A program made the position numbers and the translations under genes. A stretch of DNA of 64,000 nucleotides from an uncultured Burkholderiales bacterium (GTDB lineage Bacteria; Pseudomonadota; Gammaproteobacteria; Burkholderiales; SCOH01): contig CAZBWH010000001.1 in the NCBI GenBank assembly GCA_964495595.1, positions 2,950 to 66,949 on the forward strand, given 5' to 3'. The notes below the pieces were generated by a model. The model was given only the letters and a program-made list of their open reading frames with translations, was not told the origin of the DNA and ran no database searches. Positions 51,418 to 62,208 of the stretch are shown one piece after another. Position 1 is the first letter of the stretch. Every line of letters starts with the position of its first letter.

Positions 51418-51978
51418 TCAAAACTCGTTGGCGAGCTTTTTGTACCCCTTGACCAGATCAACATTGGTGCGAGCGACGTCTTCGGAGAAATCCGATGCCT
51501 TGGCAGTCACCCGTGGAATCCGGCTCAGATCGGTATTCGGGCCGATGCGTTCGGTAGACGGCACGTAAAAACCCGATGGCAGGTGACAACCGTCCAGCAC
51601 CGAGTTGTGACGCACCACGCAGCCCTCCTCCACCACACAGTTGAACAACACGGTATTGAACCCGATGAACACACGGTTACCCACCTGACAGGGGCCATGC
51701 ACGATCGAGCGGTGCGCAATCGAAGTGTGCTCGCCAATGGTCACGGCTGCGCCGCTCTTGGAATGGATCACCACGCCATCCTGAATATTCGAGTTGGCCC
51801 CGATAACGATCGGCTCCATCTCACCTTCACTATTCACCTCATCGGCGCGGATCACCGCGTAGGGGCCGACGAAGACATTCTCCCTGATGATCACCTTGCC
51901 GCAGATGATCGCAGTCGGATCAATAAACGCACTCTCATCAATCACCGGCAAATGGCCGCTGGGGTTTTTGCGAATCAT
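51418..51978 (-). CDS. gamma-class carbonic anhydrase-like left-handed beta-helix protein
   Basis: Hexapeptide repeats with a Cam-like His pattern (IHSK...IAHRSIVHG). 186 aa. Confidence 0.75.
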   Translation of the reverse strand: MIRKNPSGHLPVIDESAFIDPTAIICGKVIIRENVFVGPYAVIRADEVNSEGEMEPIVIGANSNIQDGVVIHSKSGAAVTIGEHTSIAHRSIVHGPCQVGNRVFIGFNTVLFNCVVEEGCVVRHNSVLDGCHLPSGFYVPSTERIGPNTDLSRIPRVTAKASDFSEDVARTNVDLVKGYKKLANEF

Positions 51979-52237
51979 GTGTTCTCCTGTTGGACAATCC
52001 CGCTGAACGGCTCAGCCCATCTGGCCGCGGTGCGCCGTTCTACCATTGGCAGCCCGCCTGCTTCAACACCCACCCGCCGCCCACCGGCATTCTTTTGGCA
52101 AGACATGACATTTGTCACAGGCGCCAGGCACTCGCCAATGTCATATTAATTAGAGCAACAAGCCTAATTTCACAACAAATCCATAGCCGCCTGTTGCCAC
52201 ACAAACCTGAAAAAGAGAAAACACGGAGACCTATCAA

Positions 52238-53449
52238 ATGAATACCTTCAGCAAGCTGTGCTGTGCCGCTGCGCTCGGCTTATCCTCCCTCACCTCACTG
52301 GCCGCCAACAGCGACCCGATCGTCCTGATCCATGGCTTCATCGGCTGGGGACGCGATGAAATGTTCGGCATGAAATACTGGGGCGGCGGCTTTTCCGGCA
52401 GCCGCGACCTGCAGGAAGTGCTGAAAGCCAATGGCACCGAAACCTTTACCGTCGCAGTCGGCCCGGTCAGCTCGGTATGGGATCGCGCCATTGAAGCCTA
52501 TTACCAGGTCAAGGGCGGCTGTGTCGATTACGGTGCGGCCCACGCCGCACGCCACGGCCACGCCCGTTATGGCCGGTGTTATACCGCACATTATCCGCAG
52601 TGGGACGACAACCATCCGGTGCATTTCGTCACCCACAGCATGGGCGGCCAGACCGCCCGGGCGCTGGACACCCTGTTGCGCGACGGCTCGCAGGAAGAAC
52701 GCGCCGCCAGTGGCGCAGAAGTGGCCGAGCTGTTCAAGGGCGGCAAGAAATGGACCCGCAGCATCACCACCGTCTCCACCCCGCATGACGGCACCACCCT
52801 GGCCAGCGGCGTGCAATTGCTCAACATTGCCGAAGAAGTCGTCGGTGCCGCCGCCGCCCTGGCCGGCCTGAACAGCAGCACCGACGTGGCCTACGACTTC
52901 AAGCTCGACCAATGGAACCTGCGCCGCAACAGCGGCGAAAGCTTCGGCAGTTACCTGAATCGGGTAAAATCGTCACCGTTCTGGACCGGCGACCAGAAAG
53001 ACGTCAGCCTGTGGGATCTGAGCCCGGACGGCGCCAGGGAACTCAACCAGTGGACCAAAACCTACCCTGACACCTATTACTTCTCGTTCAGCACCGAAGC
53101 CACCTACCGCGGCCTGCTCAGCGGCTGGCAATATCCGGAGCTGAGCATGTTCCTGCCATTCCAGCCGCTGGCCATGTTCATGGGCACCTACACCCGCAAA
53201 CAGCCGGGCAAAGTCATCATCGACAGCAGCTGGTGGCAGAACGACGGCATCGTCAACACCCGCAGCATGCGCGCCCCCGCCGGCCACCCCTGGGTCAACT
53301 TCAACGGCACCCCGGCCAAGGGCAGCTGGAACCACATCGGGCTGTACAACAGCTGGGATCACTTTGATATCCAGGGCCTGTTCTGCGTCACCTGCAACAT
53401 CAACCCGATCCACATCCAGCACGCCAATCGTCTGAAAGCGCTGAACTGA
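52238..53449 (+). CDS. secreted alpha/beta-hydrolase lipase
   Basis: Signal peptide, oxyanion LIHGF and nucleophile elbow THSMGG. RBS ACGGAG. Confidence 0.8.
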   Translation: MNTFSKLCCAAALGLSSLTSLAANSDPIVLIHGFIGWGRDEMFGMKYWGGGFSGSRDLQEVLKANGTETFTVAVGPVSSVWDRAIEAYYQVKGGCVDYGAAHAARHGHARYGRCYTAHYPQWDDNHPVHFVTHSMGGQTARALDTLLRDGSQEERAASGAEVAELFKGGKKWTRSITTVSTPHDGTTLASGVQLLNIAEEVVGAAAALAGLNSSTDVAYDFKLDQWNLRRNSGESFGSYLNRVKSSPFWTGDQKDVSLWDLSPDGARELNQWTKTYPDTYYFSFSTEATYRGLLSGWQYPELSMFLPFQPLAMFMGTYTRKQPGKVIIDSSWWQNDGIVNTRSMRAPAGHPWVNFNGTPAKGSWNHIGLYNSWDHFDIQGLFCVTCNINPIHIQHANRLKALN

Positions 53450-53456
53450 ACCACCG

Positions 53457-53479
53457 ACCGGCCGCAAGGCCGGTTTTTT
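53457..53479 (+). terminator. rho-independent terminator of the lipase gene
   Basis: ACCGGCC-GCAA-GGCCGGT followed by TTTTTT, 8 nt after the stop. Confidence 0.8.
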
Positions 53480-53655
53480 CATCAGGCCAAGCGGGCAGCC
53501 CATGCCCCCTGTATCGGGCTACGGGTTACGTCCCTGCATTTTCTCTTGCCCCTTTTGCCCTGAATATCTGCAAGCGCTCGACATCAACGGTCAGGTATAT
53601 ATTGCGCTGACCAGGCGGCTCTGACCATAAATCAAGCGGGCATCACGCCGATAAA

Positions 53656-53993
53656 CTAACCAAGACGACACCGCAGCCGAGACCGCATTGTTTCCCGATA
53701 CCCTAAACCGCCGAGGGTGTCCGCATACCTGCACGCCTTGTTGGCCAGAAACAAGGCTTCGGCGCAGGTGAGCCTGCTGGAGCGAACCAGCAGGTTGACC
53801 TGCTTGTCGTAACCAATGATCAGCACGTCTTCAAACTCGGCTTCATCCATTGCGCTCTGCAGCGCTTGTTCAGCGTGTCCACCTTGCGGAATACCGGCTG
53901 CCCGTCCATGTCCAGTTCCAGCGCCTGCAGGCGTGACGGCACGATGCGGATAATTGGGTAATCGTCCGGGGTGATGTTCTCTTCCAGCCCCAT
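53656..53993 (-). pseudogene. two overlapping small ORFs (58 aa, 53820-53993; 64 aa, 53656-53850), possibly one frameshifted ~110-aa gene
   Basis: Both translations look protein-like (MGLEENITPDDYPIIRIVPSRLQALELD... and ...AEQALQSAMDEAEFEDVLIIGYDKQVNLLVRSS...). The second frame stays open upstream across the overlap. No family recognised. Confidence 0.3.
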
Positions 53994-54074
53994 TGCAGCT
54001 TTCCGGGGCGAGAGAGGGAGCGACAACCGTGGCGTGTCCGCAGTGGGCTGGGCGACTTGCCTTTGCCGATACCC

Positions 54075-54809
54075 TCAGGGTTGCGGCAGGGGGTGTTGTT
54101 TGAGCTTCAACCGGGCCAGGCCGCGATTGAATGCCGATCGGCGCGCCTCGCTTTCGGGTTTTTGTTTGGGGAAGATGACATACAGCGGGCCGCTGTTGAT
54201 TGCGCGGGGATGCGAGGTGACTTGTGCGGCCTCTTCTGCCGAGAATTGGTTTTTCAGCAATGCGTCGCCCACGGCCTGCGAAATCAGCGCGGCGTCGATC
54301 CGTCCGGCGAGCAATTTGCGCAGGTTGAGTTCGTCGGAGCTGGTGCGCTGTACCTGTATGAGCTTGCCCTGCTCTGCCTGGCTGAACGCCTCGCCGTAGG
54401 TGTAGCCCAGGGTTGCGCCGAGGCTTTTGCCCTTGAGGTCTGCCAGGTTTTTCCAGTCGAGGGGGCGGCTCTTGAGATGGAACAGCACTTGCTTTTCCAC
54501 AAACACTGGCTCGCTGAACAGTACTTCCCGCTCGCGCTCGTCGTTCTTGTACCAGCCCACCGAGGCGTCGAGCTGGCCTGTTTTGACGACGTAATAGGCG
54601 CGGGCCCAGGGCAGGAACTGGTATTCGATATCGATACCTTCGGCCTTGAATGCGTCGGTGACGATGCGGGTTACCAAGCCGTAACCCGGCAGCTCCTTGC
54701 CCATGAAGGGGGGCCAGTCGCCATTGCTGATTCGCAGGGTCTGGGCCGCTACCGGCGACGGCAGCACCAGCGCGGTCAGCAGGGTCAGTAGTAAACCATC
54801 ACGCGTCAT
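54075..54809 (-). CDS. periplasmic solute-binding protein (SBP_bac_3-like), orphan
   Basis: Signal peptide followed by LRISNGDWPPFMG...WARAYY pattern. RBS AAGGA precedes the ATG at 54809. Confidence 0.7.
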   Translation of the reverse strand: MTRDGLLLTLLTALVLPSPVAAQTLRISNGDWPPFMGKELPGYGLVTRIVTDAFKAEGIDIEYQFLPWARAYYVVKTGQLDASVGWYKNDEREREVLFSEPVFVEKQVLFHLKSRPLDWKNLADLKGKSLGATLGYTYGEAFSQAEQGKLIQVQRTSSDELNLRKLLAGRIDAALISQAVGDALLKNQFSAEEAAQVTSHPRAINSGPLYVIFPKQKPESEARRSAFNRGLARLKLKQHPLPQP

Positions 54810-54940
54810 CGGTTTTCCTTGAATCTGCGGTACGGCAGGGGCGGTGTTTCGCGCACCCCATGCCGCGGCGGCCTGTCGAACCTGCAACACCGTGGCGGTG
54901 CGACCCGTCTGCCAGGCCAGCGGAGCTTGCATTATAGAGC

Positions 54941-55053
54941 TTGGCAAGCAGGCGCTGCCGGGCGATAGGCCGGGGTTGCGCTGCAAGCGGCCATGAGCGA
55001 GGCACCCAGCCTGGCTGCAAGCCAATACTGGCGAGGCCTGCAGGCCGACAGGC
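54941..55053. repeat. REP-A intergenic repeats (one degenerate unit, one good)
   Basis: CTGGCTGCAAGCCAATACTGGCGAGGCCTGCAGGCC plus an upstream degenerate unit. Confidence 0.6.
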
Positions 55054-55073
55054 CATGACTGCGCCGGGCGGGC

Positions 55074-55904
55074 TCAGCGAGCGGATTTCGATCCTTTGAC
55101 CTGCTGGCTGGCCAACACGATCTGCAAGCCCTGATTGAAGATCCGTGCCAGCTCGGCCCCCTTTTTGCCTTTTTTGAAGCAGATGAACAGTCCTTTGTGT
55201 TCCAGCAGGGAGGGGTTCATCTTCAGTCTGGCGCGCACCTGAGCAAGCGCCGGGGTAGAAATCAGATAGTCGAATACGTTACGGTCGATGACGGCCAGGT
55301 CGATATGCCCGATCGCCAGCTTGAGCAGGTTCCGTTCATCGGTGGTGGCGATGTCGGTACGCAGCACCCCGGCGGCGGCCAAGCGATCAAATTCGTCGGT
55401 GTTGATGTAGTCCTGAACCACGCCGATCGACACCCCGGACAAGTCTTGCAGCGTGCGCCAGGTGGTATTCGAATCGGTGCGCTCGGCAAAGCCCAGCGGC
55501 CCTTCGCCCAGCGGCTTGGAATAGATGAACTCGGCTGCCGTTGTGGCGGAATGGTATTCGGGAAAATAGCCATGGAAGCGGGGGCTGTGCCTGGCCAGAT
55601 GCACCGCCCTGGACCAGGGATAGAACTCGATGACCAGGGTGTAGCCCATGGCCTTGAATGCCTGCCTGGCCACTGTGGCCAGCGTCCCCTGCTCCGGAAG
55701 GGCCTCGCTGGTGTAGGGAGGCCACTCCAGCGAGCTCAGCACGACCACTCGCGCATCCGGCGCCGCTGCCACCTCGGCAGCGTGCAGAGGCAGCCCAAGA
55801 GCCAGGCAACAGAGCAGCAGATATCGGGCAAACAAGATACGGGCCTCGGATTCGATCACGGATGGTTGCGCAGCTGCAGGAATGACGCTCCGCCTACCCT
55901 GCAT
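55074..55904 (-). CDS. periplasmic solute-binding protein (SBP_bac_3-like), paralogue
   Basis: SSLEWPPYTS...FYPWSRAVH parallels the neighbouring gene. Start uncertain (ATG 55904, GTG 55913 or GTG 55859). Confidence 0.65.
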   Translation of the reverse strand: MQGRRSVIPAAAQPSVIESEARILFARYLLLCCLALGLPLHAAEVAAAPDARVVVLSSLEWPPYTSEALPEQGTLATVARQAFKAMGYTLVIEFYPWSRAVHLARHSPRFHGYFPEYHSATTAAEFIYSKPLGEGPLGFAERTDSNTTWRTLQDLSGVSIGVVQDYINTDEFDRLAAAGVLRTDIATTDERNLLKLAIGHIDLAVIDRNVFDYLISTPALAQVRARLKMNPSLLEHKGLFICFKKGKKGAELARIFNQGLQIVLASQQVKGSKSAR

Positions 55905-55924
55905 TGTAGCCACGCAGACAGAGG

Positions 55925-55960
55925 GCCAAAAGCAACGCCGTATCGGGAACGATACGGCGT
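55925..55960 (-). terminator. rho-independent terminator after purB
   Basis: Perfect 12-bp stem AACGCCGTATCG-GGAA-CGATACGGCGTT. On the minus strand it is followed by GCTTTTGG. Confidence 0.65.
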
Positions 55961-55985
55961 TGGCGGATTCTGGCTCCTCCCTGGA

Positions 55986-57437
<1,452 letters not shown>

Positions 57438-57953
57438 TTACTGCTTGGTGTAATTGAGCGTGCCGGTATAGGCCTCGTACTTGAAGGTGCCTTTCATGTA
57501 CTGCTTGCCGCCGGATTCGGAGACCTTGAGCGTGAACACCGCGCCGTTGGCATGCGAGAACACCATCGTGGTCGGGTCTTTGAACTTGCCGGGGGCAAAC
57601 GGCTCGATCAGGTCGCCAAACGGCGTATCGAGAATCGACGATACGCCGTTGATCGTGTCTCCATTGATCGATTTGATTTCAACCACCGCTTTGCCATCGG
57701 TGCCGGTGCCGTCCACCACCCATTTGCCCACCCAGGTACCGACATATTTACTCTCGGTAGCGGCCGGAGCGGCAGCAGCAGGGGTTGGAGCAGGCGCCGC
57801 AACCGGGGCGGGTGCGGGCGCCGGGGTGGCAACCGGGGCGGGCTGCGGCGCAGCGGGCTCGTAGGCCTCCTTGATCCAGGCGCAACCTGACATGCCAACG
57901 GCAACCAGCAGCGCAGTGCCAGTGGTAAAAACACGCGAACGGACTTTGAACAT
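57438..57953 (-). CDS. lipoprotein with Pro/Ala-rich linker
   Basis: Lipobox VGMSGC. (AP)n linker. RBS GAGGAG precedes the ATG at 57953. Confidence 0.6.
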   Translation of the reverse strand: MFKVRSRVFTTGTALLVAVGMSGCAWIKEAYEPAAPQPAPVATPAPAPAPVAAPAPTPAAAAPAATESKYVGTWVGKWVVDGTGTDGKAVVEIKSINGDTINGVSSILDTPFGDLIEPFAPGKFKDPTTMVFSHANGAVFTLKVSESGGKQYMKGTFKYEAYTGTLNYTKQ

Positions 57954-58022
57954 TGTGGCTCCTCTAAGGATTATGTGTTGCCAGATCAAACCGAAGGATT
58001 ATAAGCATATAAATATATGCTG

Positions 58023-58835
58023 TCAGCCCCATTTTACCTGTTGCAGATGCGCCAGCGACCGGCCCAGAAAACGCTCGCCGATGGTCTGGAAACGCAACGG
58101 GATGTCGGTAACGTAGTACTGGTAGTTTGGTAAACCGCGCTGCAGATTGGCAAGGCCAATTTCAGCCAGCACCTGCGCGGTCTGCTCGGCCATCGCTGCA
58201 GCCGAATCCACCAGCTGGATCGCCGGGCCAGCCACTTCGTGCAGCAGCGGCTTGAGCAGCGGGTAATGGGTGCAGCCCAGCACCAGCGTGTCAATCTGCT
58301 CGACGAACACCGGCTTGAGGTATTCCTGCGCAGTCAGCCGCGTCACCGGATGATCGAGCCACCCCTCCTCCACCAGCGGCACAAACAACGGGCAGGCTTG
58401 CGAGTAGACGCGCACACCGGGGTTCAGGTGATGAATGCTGCGGGCGTAGGCATTGGAGTTAATAGTGGTCGGGGTGCCGATCACGCCAACGGCATGGCTG
58501 CGGGTCATCGCGACGGCGGTGCGGGCACCGGCTTCGATCACATCCAGCACCGGCACCTCGCCGGCCCGCTGCTTCACCACGTCGGCGGCCACTGCCGCCA
58601 TGGTATTGCAGGCGATGATCAGCAGCTTGACCTGTTTTTCCAACAGGAAATCGGTGATCTGGCCGGTGAACTGCTTGATGGTATCCACCGATTTGACGCC
58701 GTACGGCACCCGGGCGGTGTCACCGAAATAGACGATATCCTCGAACGGCAGCCGCTCCATCAGCGCCCGCACCACCGTCAGGCCGCCAACGCCGGAATCG
58801 AACACCCCGATCGGGTGAGAGGGCTGAGAATCCAT
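58023..58835 (-). CDS. murI: glutamate racemase
   Basis: IGVFDSGVGGLTV, IACNT and LGCTHYP motifs. ATG at 58835 preferred over the TTG at 58856. Confidence 0.9.
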   Translation of the reverse strand: MDSQPSHPIGVFDSGVGGLTVVRALMERLPFEDIVYFGDTARVPYGVKSVDTIKQFTGQITDFLLEKQVKLLIIACNTMAAVAADVVKQRAGEVPVLDVIEAGARTAVAMTRSHAVGVIGTPTTINSNAYARSIHHLNPGVRVYSQACPLFVPLVEEGWLDHPVTRLTAQEYLKPVFVEQIDTLVLGCTHYPLLKPLLHEVAGPAIQLVDSAAAMAEQTAQVLAEIGLANLQRGLPNYQYYVTDIPLRFQTIGERFLGRSLAHLQQVKWG

Positions 58836-58963
58836 GCATGCTATCCGTTCAGACAAGGGCCGCCATGATACACGGCGGGGTATCTGCTCACTATAGCCAG
58901 CCGTGCTACGTCGAAGCGGGCAAAAAACAGGCAGCAGAACACGATTTGGCCAGTGGCTTTTTT

Positions 58964-60046
58964 TCAGCAGCGCTCAGTCTGGCGCTGCAATGCCCACTGC
59001 ACATGCTCACGCACCAGCGGCGAAGGATGGTCGGTACGCGCCTGCAGCGCGGCAATCACCTCGTCGCTGCAGCGGGCGTTACCCAAGCCCACCGCGATAT
59101 TGCGCAGCCAGCGCTCGTGGCCGATCCGGTAGATCGGCGTGCCAGCCAGCCGCTGCTGGAATTCGGCCTCGCTCCAGCCGAACAGCTCGACCAGGCTGGC
59201 CCGGTCCAGCCCGTTGCGCACGGCAAAATCCGGCTCGTCAGTCTGGCGGGCAAAGCGGTTCCACGGGCACACCAGCTGGCAATCGTCGCAGCCGTAGACA
59301 CGGTTGCCGATCAATGGCCGCAGCTCGACCGGGATGCTGTCGTGCAATTCGATCGTCAGATAGGAAATACAGCGCCGCGCATCGATCCGGTACGGCGCGA
59401 CGATGGCGCCGGTCGGGCAGATGTCGACGCAGCGGGTACAGTGGCCGCAATGGCCGCTTTCGGCGGGGTCGGGCGGCAGCGGCAGGTCGGTGAAGATTTC
59501 GCCGAGAAAAAAGAACGAGCCGTCATTGCGGTTGAGCAGCAGCGAATGCTTGCCGCGCCAGCCCTGACGGGTGCGCGAAGCCAGCTCGACTTCCAGTGTC
59601 GGCGCCGAATCGGTAAACACCCGGTAGCCGAACGGGCCGACGGCACCAGCGATGCGCTCGGCCAGCTGCTGCAGCCGGCTGCGCAATACCTTGTGGTAAT
59701 CGCGCCCCAGTGCGTAGCGCGAGACGTAAGCGGTCTGGCCGTCGTCGAGCAGCGCCAGCGCCTGGCCGGGGTCCGAGGCCAGATAATTCATCCGCAGCGA
59801 GATCACCGACAGCGTGCCCGGCACCAACTCAGCCGGGCGCGCCCGTTTCAGGCCGTGTTTTGCCATATAATCCATCGCACCGTGCATGCCGGCGGCCAGC
59901 CAGTCGAGCAAGCCCTGCTCGGCGCTGGACAGGTCGATACCGGCCACGCTGGCGGCAGAAAACCCCGCCTCGCACGCCCAGCGGTGGATATCGTTTTTCA
60001 GCGCCTGCCAGTCCGTGCCGGGCGCATCAGGAGTCTTGTCATGCAT
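58964..60046 (-). CDS. queG: epoxyqueuosine reductase
   Basis: Two 4Fe-4S motifs (CGHCTRCVDICP; CDDCQLVCPWN) plus a C-terminal HEAT-like region. Confidence 0.9.
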   Translation of the reverse strand: MHDKTPDAPGTDWQALKNDIHRWACEAGFSAASVAGIDLSSAEQGLLDWLAAGMHGAMDYMAKHGLKRARPAELVPGTLSVISLRMNYLASDPGQALALLDDGQTAYVSRYALGRDYHKVLRSRLQQLAERIAGAVGPFGYRVFTDSAPTLEVELASRTRQGWRGKHSLLLNRNDGSFFFLGEIFTDLPLPPDPAESGHCGHCTRCVDICPTGAIVAPYRIDARRCISYLTIELHDSIPVELRPLIGNRVYGCDDCQLVCPWNRFARQTDEPDFAVRNGLDRASLVELFGWSEAEFQQRLAGTPIYRIGHERWLRNIAVGLGNARCSDEVIAALQARTDHPSPLVREHVQWALQRQTERC

Positions 60047-60544
60047 GCAGCCGATGATACTGCCGGTGGCCCGGCCTGCCTACTCACCCTGGCCGACGAG
60101 TCCGCCACCCTTGCCCTGGGCGCCCTGCTGGCGCGCACGCTGCGGCCGGGGCTGGTCATTTTCCTGCAAGGAGATCTGGGCGCCGGGAAAACCACCCTCA
60201 CCCGCGGTCTGCTGCGCGGGCTGGGCTACGCCGGCCGGGTCAAAAGCCCGACCTACACGCTGGTTGAACCTTACACCATTTCTAACTTATACTTATATCA
60301 CTTTGATTTGTATAGATTCAACAACCCGTACGAATGGGAAGAAGCCGGCTTTCACGAGCACTTCAACCCCACGTCGGTTTGCCTGATCGAATGGCCGGAA
60401 AAGGCAGCGGTCCTACTGCCCAAACCCGACCTGTGCATCAGGCTGGCTGACAGCGGTACGGGCCGTCAGGTGGAAATCAGCGCAGCAAGCGAGGCAGGCC
60501 AATCATGTTTGACGAATCTGACAAGACAACTCCCCGAACCCTGA
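60041..60544 (+). CDS. tsaE: tRNA t6A37 biosynthesis ATPase TsaE
   Basis: LQGDLGAGKTTLTRGLL P-loop, SPTYTLVEPY and YHFDLYR motifs. It is the only ATG in frame. It forms the last 167 codons of the 568-aa track ORF. Confidence 0.8.
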   Translation: MHAADDTAGGPACLLTLADESATLALGALLARTLRPGLVIFLQGDLGAGKTTLTRGLLRGLGYAGRVKSPTYTLVEPYTISNLYLYHFDLYRFNNPYEWEEAGFHEHFNPTSVCLIEWPEKAAVLLPKPDLCIRLADSGTGRQVEISAASEAGQSCLTNLTRQLPEP

Positions 60545-61836
60545 ACACCCCCGATGCGCCCCGCCGTGCCTTGCTTAAAGCCGCAGCGGCATCGTTGCTG
60601 CTCAGCGTCTGCCGGGTGGGACTGGCCGCTGGACAGCCGTCGGTCATCGCCGTGCGTGTCTGGCCCTCGACCGACTACACCCGGGTCACGCTTGAGTCCA
60701 GCGAACCGCTGACCTTCAAAACCCTGATGATCCGCAACCCTGACCGGCTGGTAGTCGATCTGGAAGGCGTCGAGCTGAACAAGGCGCTGGAAAGCCTGGC
60801 CGGCAAAGTCGACGCCGACGACCCATTCATCAGCCAGTTGCGCGCCGGGCGCAACAAGCCGGGAACGGTAAGGCTGGTGCTTGATCTCAAGGCCACCGCC
60901 AAGCCGCAGGTGTTTTCGATTCCGCCGGCCGGCGACTACCAGCACCGGCTGGTGATTGACCTGTATTCGCCCAACAGCGCCCCCCTGTTCAATCTGGATC
61001 AGTCCAGCCCGATCGATGGCAACAGTGTCGGCGAGCTGAACAAACCCGACCCTGCGCCACGTGCCGATGAACGGCCAGCACGCAAGGAAGAAGAAACCAC
61101 GGTGTCGCGCAAGCAGCTTGATGTCGAGCGGATGATTACCATCGTCATCGACCCCGGCCACGGTGGCGAAGACCCCGGCGCGGTCGGCGCCAGCGGAGCC
61201 AAGGAAAAGGATGTCACCCTGCAGGTGGGCCGCAAGCTGAAACAGGTGCTGGAAAAACAGCCGAACGTGCGGGTACTGATGACCCGCGACGAAGATGTGT
61301 TCATCCCGCTGGCAGGCCGGGTCAGCAAGGCGCGCAAAGCCAACGCTGACCTGTTCGTGTCGATTCATGCCGATGCCTTCATCAAGCCGGACGCCCGTGG
61401 CAGTTCGGTATTTGCGCTGTCGCCCAAGGGGGCATCCAGCACGGCTGCCAAGTGGCTGGCCAACAAGGAGAATCAGGCCGACCTGATCGGCGGGGTCAAA
61501 CTGAACGTCAAGGACCCCTATCTGGCGCACACGCTGCTGGACCTGACCCAGACAGCAACCATCAGCGACAGCCTGAAACTGGGACGAGCCGTGCTGTCAG
61601 AGCTGGGCAACATCAACAAACTGCACAGCTCAGGCGTGGAACAGGCTGGATTTGCGGTATTGAAAGCGCCGGATATTCCGTCGATCCTGGTGGAAACCGC
61701 GTTCATCAGCAATCCGGAAGAAGAAAAGCGTCTGACCGACGAAGCCTACCAGCACAAGCTGGCCACTGCGATCCACAACGGCATCAAACGCTATTTCGCC
61801 AAGAACCCGCCCCTGGCGCGCACCAAGCTGGCTTGA
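60505..61836 (+). CDS. amiC: N-acetylmuramoyl-L-alanine amidase (Tat signal, AMIN and Amidase_3 domains)
   Basis: RRALLKAAA twin-arginine signal, AMIN region (VRVWPSTDYTRVTLES) and IDPGHGGEDPGA catalytic motif. Confidence 0.9.
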   Translation: MFDESDKTTPRTLNTPDAPRRALLKAAAASLLLSVCRVGLAAGQPSVIAVRVWPSTDYTRVTLESSEPLTFKTLMIRNPDRLVVDLEGVELNKALESLAGKVDADDPFISQLRAGRNKPGTVRLVLDLKATAKPQVFSIPPAGDYQHRLVIDLYSPNSAPLFNLDQSSPIDGNSVGELNKPDPAPRADERPARKEEETTVSRKQLDVERMITIVIDPGHGGEDPGAVGASGAKEKDVTLQVGRKLKQVLEKQPNVRVLMTRDEDVFIPLAGRVSKARKANADLFVSIHADAFIKPDARGSSVFALSPKGASSTAAKWLANKENQADLIGGVKLNVKDPYLAHTLLDLTQTATISDSLKLGRAVLSELGNINKLHSSGVEQAGFAVLKAPDIPSILVETAFISNPEEEKRLTDEAYQHKLATAIHNGIKRYFAKNPPLARTKLA

Positions 61837-61858
61837 GCCGACAGACCGCGAGCGAGAA

Positions 61859-62188
61859 TCAGGAAGGCTGCGGTGGCTCGTCCTGCACGTCGATCGCGGC
61901 TGGCGCCGGCATCAGCAGGTTTTGGGTGTGCAGGTAGTCGATGGCGTAAAAATCCGCCAGCGCCCCGTACAGCGACAAGCCCTCAGCCGCCAGTTCGGTC
62001 TCCAGCCTGGCCACGATCTCGCGCACCACGACAGCAGCTTCGTCTGGCTTGAGCGGCGACAGAAACAGCCGGTTGTTGCGGGTAAAACCTGCGTTAATGA
62101 ACGCAACCTCGATCGCAAACCAGATCCGGCGCGCAGCAGCCTCGCCCAGATGCGGGTAATCCAGATTGATGGCGATGGCAGTATTCAT
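61859..62188 (-). CDS. hypothetical 109-aa protein, possible VapD/Cas2-like ferredoxin fold
   Basis: Strong RBS AGGAGA. Pattern AIAINL...IWFAIEVAFINAGFTRNNRLFLSP...DFYAIDY loosely parallels the VapD beta-alpha-beta-beta layout. Fold assignment is by eye only. Confidence 0.55.
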   Translation of the reverse strand: MNTAIAINLDYPHLGEAAARRIWFAIEVAFINAGFTRNNRLFLSPLKPDEAAVVVREIVARLETELAAEGLSLYGALADFYAIDYLHTQNLLMPAPAAIDVQDEPPQPS

Positions 62189-62208
62189 CCTGCGTGTCTC
62201 CTGATCAC

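Noticed and set aside
58838-60040. N-terminal 400 codons of the 568-aa ORF that ends as tsaE
   Set aside because: This part is antisense to queG, which has two clear 4Fe-4S motifs. Only the last 167 codons carry TsaE motifs.
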